Source: Camelus dromedarius
Taxonomy: Eukaryota
Assembly: GCF_036321535.1 (NCBI RefSeq)
Contig: NC_087437.1
Location: forward strand, 72,914,001 to 72,978,000
Length of the DNA: 64,000 bases
Reading direction: 5' to 3'
The notes beneath the pieces are model-generated. The model was not told where the DNA came from. It saw nothing but the letters and a program-made list of their open reading frames with translations, and did no database searches. A program made the position numbers and the translations under genes. Below are positions 60,401 to 64,000 of the stretch, one piece after another; within the stretch, counting starts at the first letter, position 1, and every line of letters begins with the position of its first letter.

Positions 60401-63400
60401 TAAACGCAGCCCCAAATCCTGTGAAACTGAAGTCCTCTTTGGCTCAATAAGTTGCTTTTTAGCTGATCTTGAAGTTAATTCTGAGCAAATATGATAGCCC
60501 TGTTTGATCTGAAAGGTTCCAGAACTTGCGAGAGTAAGTGATGTAGTTAGGTCACCATTTTTATTGTTGGCAGTTGCAGAATGAGTCATAGACCTAAAGT
60601 TTATTTTCCTTCTGTCCCATCACCGAGTCTCCTGCTTGGCCTGAGGTCAAGGAGCAGAACACACACACATCCTTTACAATATGTGAAGCAACTCGGTCTT
60701 GGGGCAGAGAGTCCGCCAATTCAAGGGTGTTTCTCAAGGGTGAACTGCAAAGAATCCTCCTATCTCCCAGAACTCCTGCACAGAACTTCCAGAGGCAAAC
60801 CAGGCTGGCATCCTAACGCAGCACGAAGGAGTGAGTGCTGGCATCTTCCACGCAGAGCAGGGCTCCACGCGTGTGACCTTGGTACCGTTGCCTGTGCTTG
60901 GCGACTTTCCTCTTACCGTGCACGCTTAAATGTTACAACCCAAGTGAAGGGCAACTACATATATTAAAACTAAAGGAGAAAATCAAGTAAACATTTCACT
61001 GAACAGTCAGCAGCCCTTGGGTGTCACTGGCATCCTTTGTGGATACCTGTCAATACACCTGGCCATAGCACCAAGCAAGCACCTGGACAAAGCTGAGGCT
61101 CCAATAAAACAGAGCAGAAGAATTCTCCTCTTGCCTCCTTATCTCTTTGCCAAGTAACAAAGGGTTAACAGAGGGGAAATGGTCTAGTCCTTAGCAATTG
61201 ACCAAAATCAAGACCAAAAGGAAATGACAAAGAAAACCCTGAGGGTCAGCCAGGGAAGTTCAGAGCTCGTCACTGGAGTTTAATATCAGAATTGAAGGAA
61301 AATTAAGAAAGTGAGGGCACTCACGTTCTCACTCCTTTGCAGAGAAGACCCTACAAATTTGACAGTGGAATCCCAGAAACTTCTCTGGAGAGGGATTCAA
61401 ATATAAGGAAAGGAAGAATCAAACCAGATCTCCCCAGAGTCGTTTTTGCTGTGACCTCAAGGTGCGGCAGCTAAAGGTTGGGGCTTAAATTACTTTAAGC
61501 AAAGCAAAGGCTGGCAGACCCAGCAGGGGGGTGTGCCTGTGCTCCTAGCAGCTCGGCTAAGACATCCCCCACTGCAGGCAACATGCAAAATCCAGCTACG
61601 GAGTGGCAGAGAACAGGAGTGGGAAGCGACTGGGGGGATGGTCCAACCGTCTGTACGAATGCACACATCCATTTGGGTCCCATGTTCTCTTTCCTCCTTA
61701 AGAATCCAGAAGCTGACACCGGCTTCGGGGTTCTCAGAGAGTTCTGAGGCACATCAAAGTGCACACACTCACAATGCCCAGTTTTCTTTCTAGCGCCTTT
61801 CCTTTCAACCCTCTTCCAGAGGGTTTACCTTGGGACCTGAGAGCCCTTCATGACCCATTCGGTCTTCTGTTACAGTGCATGGCTTGGCCGCGGCCTCTCA
61901 GATCTGGACCCCCCCCCCTCCCCACGTGCACACTGTCCCCGGCATGGCCGGGGGAGCGAGGAAGTCTGCAGCACCCACAGCGAGGCAGAGGTCTCTCCCG
62001 GTCCTGAGACGCGTGGTCCTGTTGAGGCGGGAGGACCGGGGCGGCATCTGGCCTGGGTGAGGGAGCTCCCTTGTGAGTGCTCTTGAAGTAAGAAGCATGG
62101 AAGATACTTAATCTATAAATAAATGAATGAATAAATAAATAAATAAGACAAAACACAAGAGGGCTTTTTATAGATAAGCACCTCTTATCAATAATAGATA
62201 AAAAAAATCCCCTCTTGAGTTTCAAAGCCCTTCTGCAGTGGTGATTAGTAGGCTCAAAACAACCTGCAGAAAGTAGAACAGTCAAGACATGAACTGGAAA
62301 TACTCCCACACTGGGTATTTCTCACTTGATGACACACAGTCAGCCTAAAGATCCCCGAGGTAGTCTTGTTTTCAAGGAGTTACAGCATGGCTCCCAGCCC
62401 ACTTGGAGCTTCCTCCTTAAACCCATTGCACTTTCCCCTGCATCCTGTGTCTGCCTCCCCGCTGTCAGGGACAAGGTGCCTTCCATTAGGGTTGTGTCCC
62501 ACAGGGCAGACCCGAGTCCCAGGCAGACAACAACGAGATGCAGTTCCAAGATCCGGCTTGAAGTTCCCACTCCAAAGAGGACTTTGCCAAAATGAAGCAG
62601 GCGCTGGCCTGGCAGCCATCTGGGGAAAAGCTACAGAATTAAATCAAAGAAAGCTGGCATGCAACAGCCATGCACGTCTATCTCTTGTTGGGCCCCTCCT
62701 TGAAACGATGTGCTATCATTGTTTCTTTCACTTTAAAGAAGGGGCCAAAAGAAATAGAGAGGAATCAATGTTTTAAAACTAGGAAATGCATTCCTGATAC
62801 CGAGGACAGTATACACTGTTCATCTAAAGAAAGAAGGCGACCAGCTCCCAAGCACAAGCCCTGCAAGAACAAGCTTGTGGCTGAAATACCTTGGTGATAA
62901 ATACGTCTCACTCTCTCCGAGAAGTGGTGACAACCCGCACGCCTAGAGAGAACTAGTGCTTGGTCCCTTCCCTGCTCAGAGCCCCAGGTTGGAGGTAGAG
63001 CCACCCCCCCAGGGCAGTCCACCCCTGCCACGAGCCATTCTTTTGACCAGGAATCCCCTTCTGCTTCAACCTTCTCTCTGGCTCAAACACAACATCCTGG
63101 AAGACAATGGGGAACTGGGCCAACGAGGGGTCACTCGATGCCCCAACGGAACTCGGAGACCCCGTTCCCATATTACATTCAACATCATATGACGTTGGGG
63201 AGATCCTGACCTTCAGCACATGAAACAGGCTTTCTTCCCTTGGACTTAAGTTTTGAAAAAGTCTCATTTGGGAAAAATGCAATGAAAAGCTCTGTAATTT
63301 TATCCAAATGGCCCTCTGAGGAGGGACAAATAAATGTGCCCTCCTCTCACTGACTTCACTGCCCAGGGGCCATCCTAACAGGAAACCCTTCAGACCTCTA

Positions 63401-63445
63401 GCCAAGATCAACAAACTCAATATTAAGTTAAATTAAAAAATTAAG
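57426..63445 (-). other. PLCXD2: Inferred long 3'UTR of PLCXD2 (~6.0 kb)
   Basis: Follows the stop codon. Repeat-poor compared with the rest of the window, with an AU-rich distal end that finishes at a canonical poly(A) signal. Confidence 0.65.
59794..59881 (-). mobile_element. vic-1-like SINE (short form) in the PLCXD2 3'UTR
   Basis: tRNA-Ala-like head. Perfect 14-bp TSD cagaaagatcaact (59780-59793 / 59882-59895). Confidence 0.88.
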
Positions 63446-63605
63446 TCAGCATTTAGCCAAAGCTCTGTCCTCCTGGAGGAGGTCATTCAACTCAATGACA
63501 GTCGTGGCAAAGTCCACCAGGTCCACAAAGTCAGACGTGATGATGTTGACGCCCGTGGCTCCAGGCTTCTGAGTTTTCACCCAGTCAAGGATGGCAGGAA
63601 GATTC
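63446..63605 (-). CDS. PLCXD2: Last coding exon of PI-specific phospholipase C X-domain-containing protein 2
   Basis: Minus strand: polypyrimidine tract ctctctcttatctcttcccccaactctctcctgtgtAG (AG at 63607-63606), then 1 nt plus an open frame NLPAILDWVKTQKPGATGVNIITSDFVDLVDFATTVIELNDLLQEDRALAKC* (TGA at 63448-63446). Matches my recollection of the PLCXD2 C-terminus; NIITSDFV is typical of the PLCXD family. Not in the ORF track because it lacks a start codon. Confidence 0.93.
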
Positions 63606-64000
63606 CTACACAGGAGAGAGTTGGGGGAAGAGATAAGAGAGAGCAGCCTTTAGAAGGACTCCTCCAGAAAGAGGAGCAAACCAAACATTTCTGTTAATGT
63701 AACAAAAGTATGCCAACAGAAGCACAAGCCCCCCTGCCCCTAATTTGTCCATTTAAACTTAAATCTCTTTCAGGGACAGAGTGATGTCTATTCCACTAGA
63801 GAACAGGACTTCCAGGGTTTCTGTGCTGGAAAAGGAAATTGTTTATCTCAGTCACCAAAGAGATACCACATCAATGGGACCTCAAAAAACTAAGATCAAC
63901 AGTCTAATTATTAGTAGGTTAATTTTTTTTTACCATGAATTGTATCATGAAAATTTTCAAACATATTGCAACATTGAAAGAAATTTACAGTAAGTATATC

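Noticed and set aside
61850..62060. GC/CpG-rich patch with several overlapping ORFs
   Set aside because: It lies within the inferred PLCXD2 3'UTR; the ORFs reflect stop-codon scarcity in GC-rich DNA, and the patch is too short to call a CpG island.
1040..63993. ORFs in the supplied six-frame track (60-188 aa)
   Set aside because: None resembles a protein I recognise. Many start at non-ATG codons, overlap repeats or include translated poly-T runs, and their lengths fit chance in mammalian non-coding DNA.

Overview
Mammalian genomic DNA, very probably camelid: five tRNA-Ala-derived vic-1-type SINEs are present and I saw no Alu, Bov-A/tA or PRE1 elements. The only protein-coding exon I can support is the last coding exon of PLCXD2 (minus strand, 63446-63605). 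It is followed by an inferred ~6 kb 3'UTR ending near 57426. About 4.5 kb further along the minus strand is a candidate promoter and non-coding first exon (~52660-52900). By recalled human synteny this would be the distal start of PHLDB2, making 1-52659 mostly intron. That stretch is dense in old repeats (L2, CR1/L3, MIR, L1M, MLT1, MER5, Tigger1, MER2). It also holds a 5'-truncated UBE2S processed pseudogene inserted into a MER2 with an unusually long ~42-bp flanking duplication, an intact-looking solo LTR, a perfect 85-bp tandem duplication and a possible orphan retro-insertion. I found no convincing new multi-gene system, and the supplied ORFs look like chance ORFs. Repeat family names come from my recall of consensus sequences, and the boundaries of old elements are approximate.
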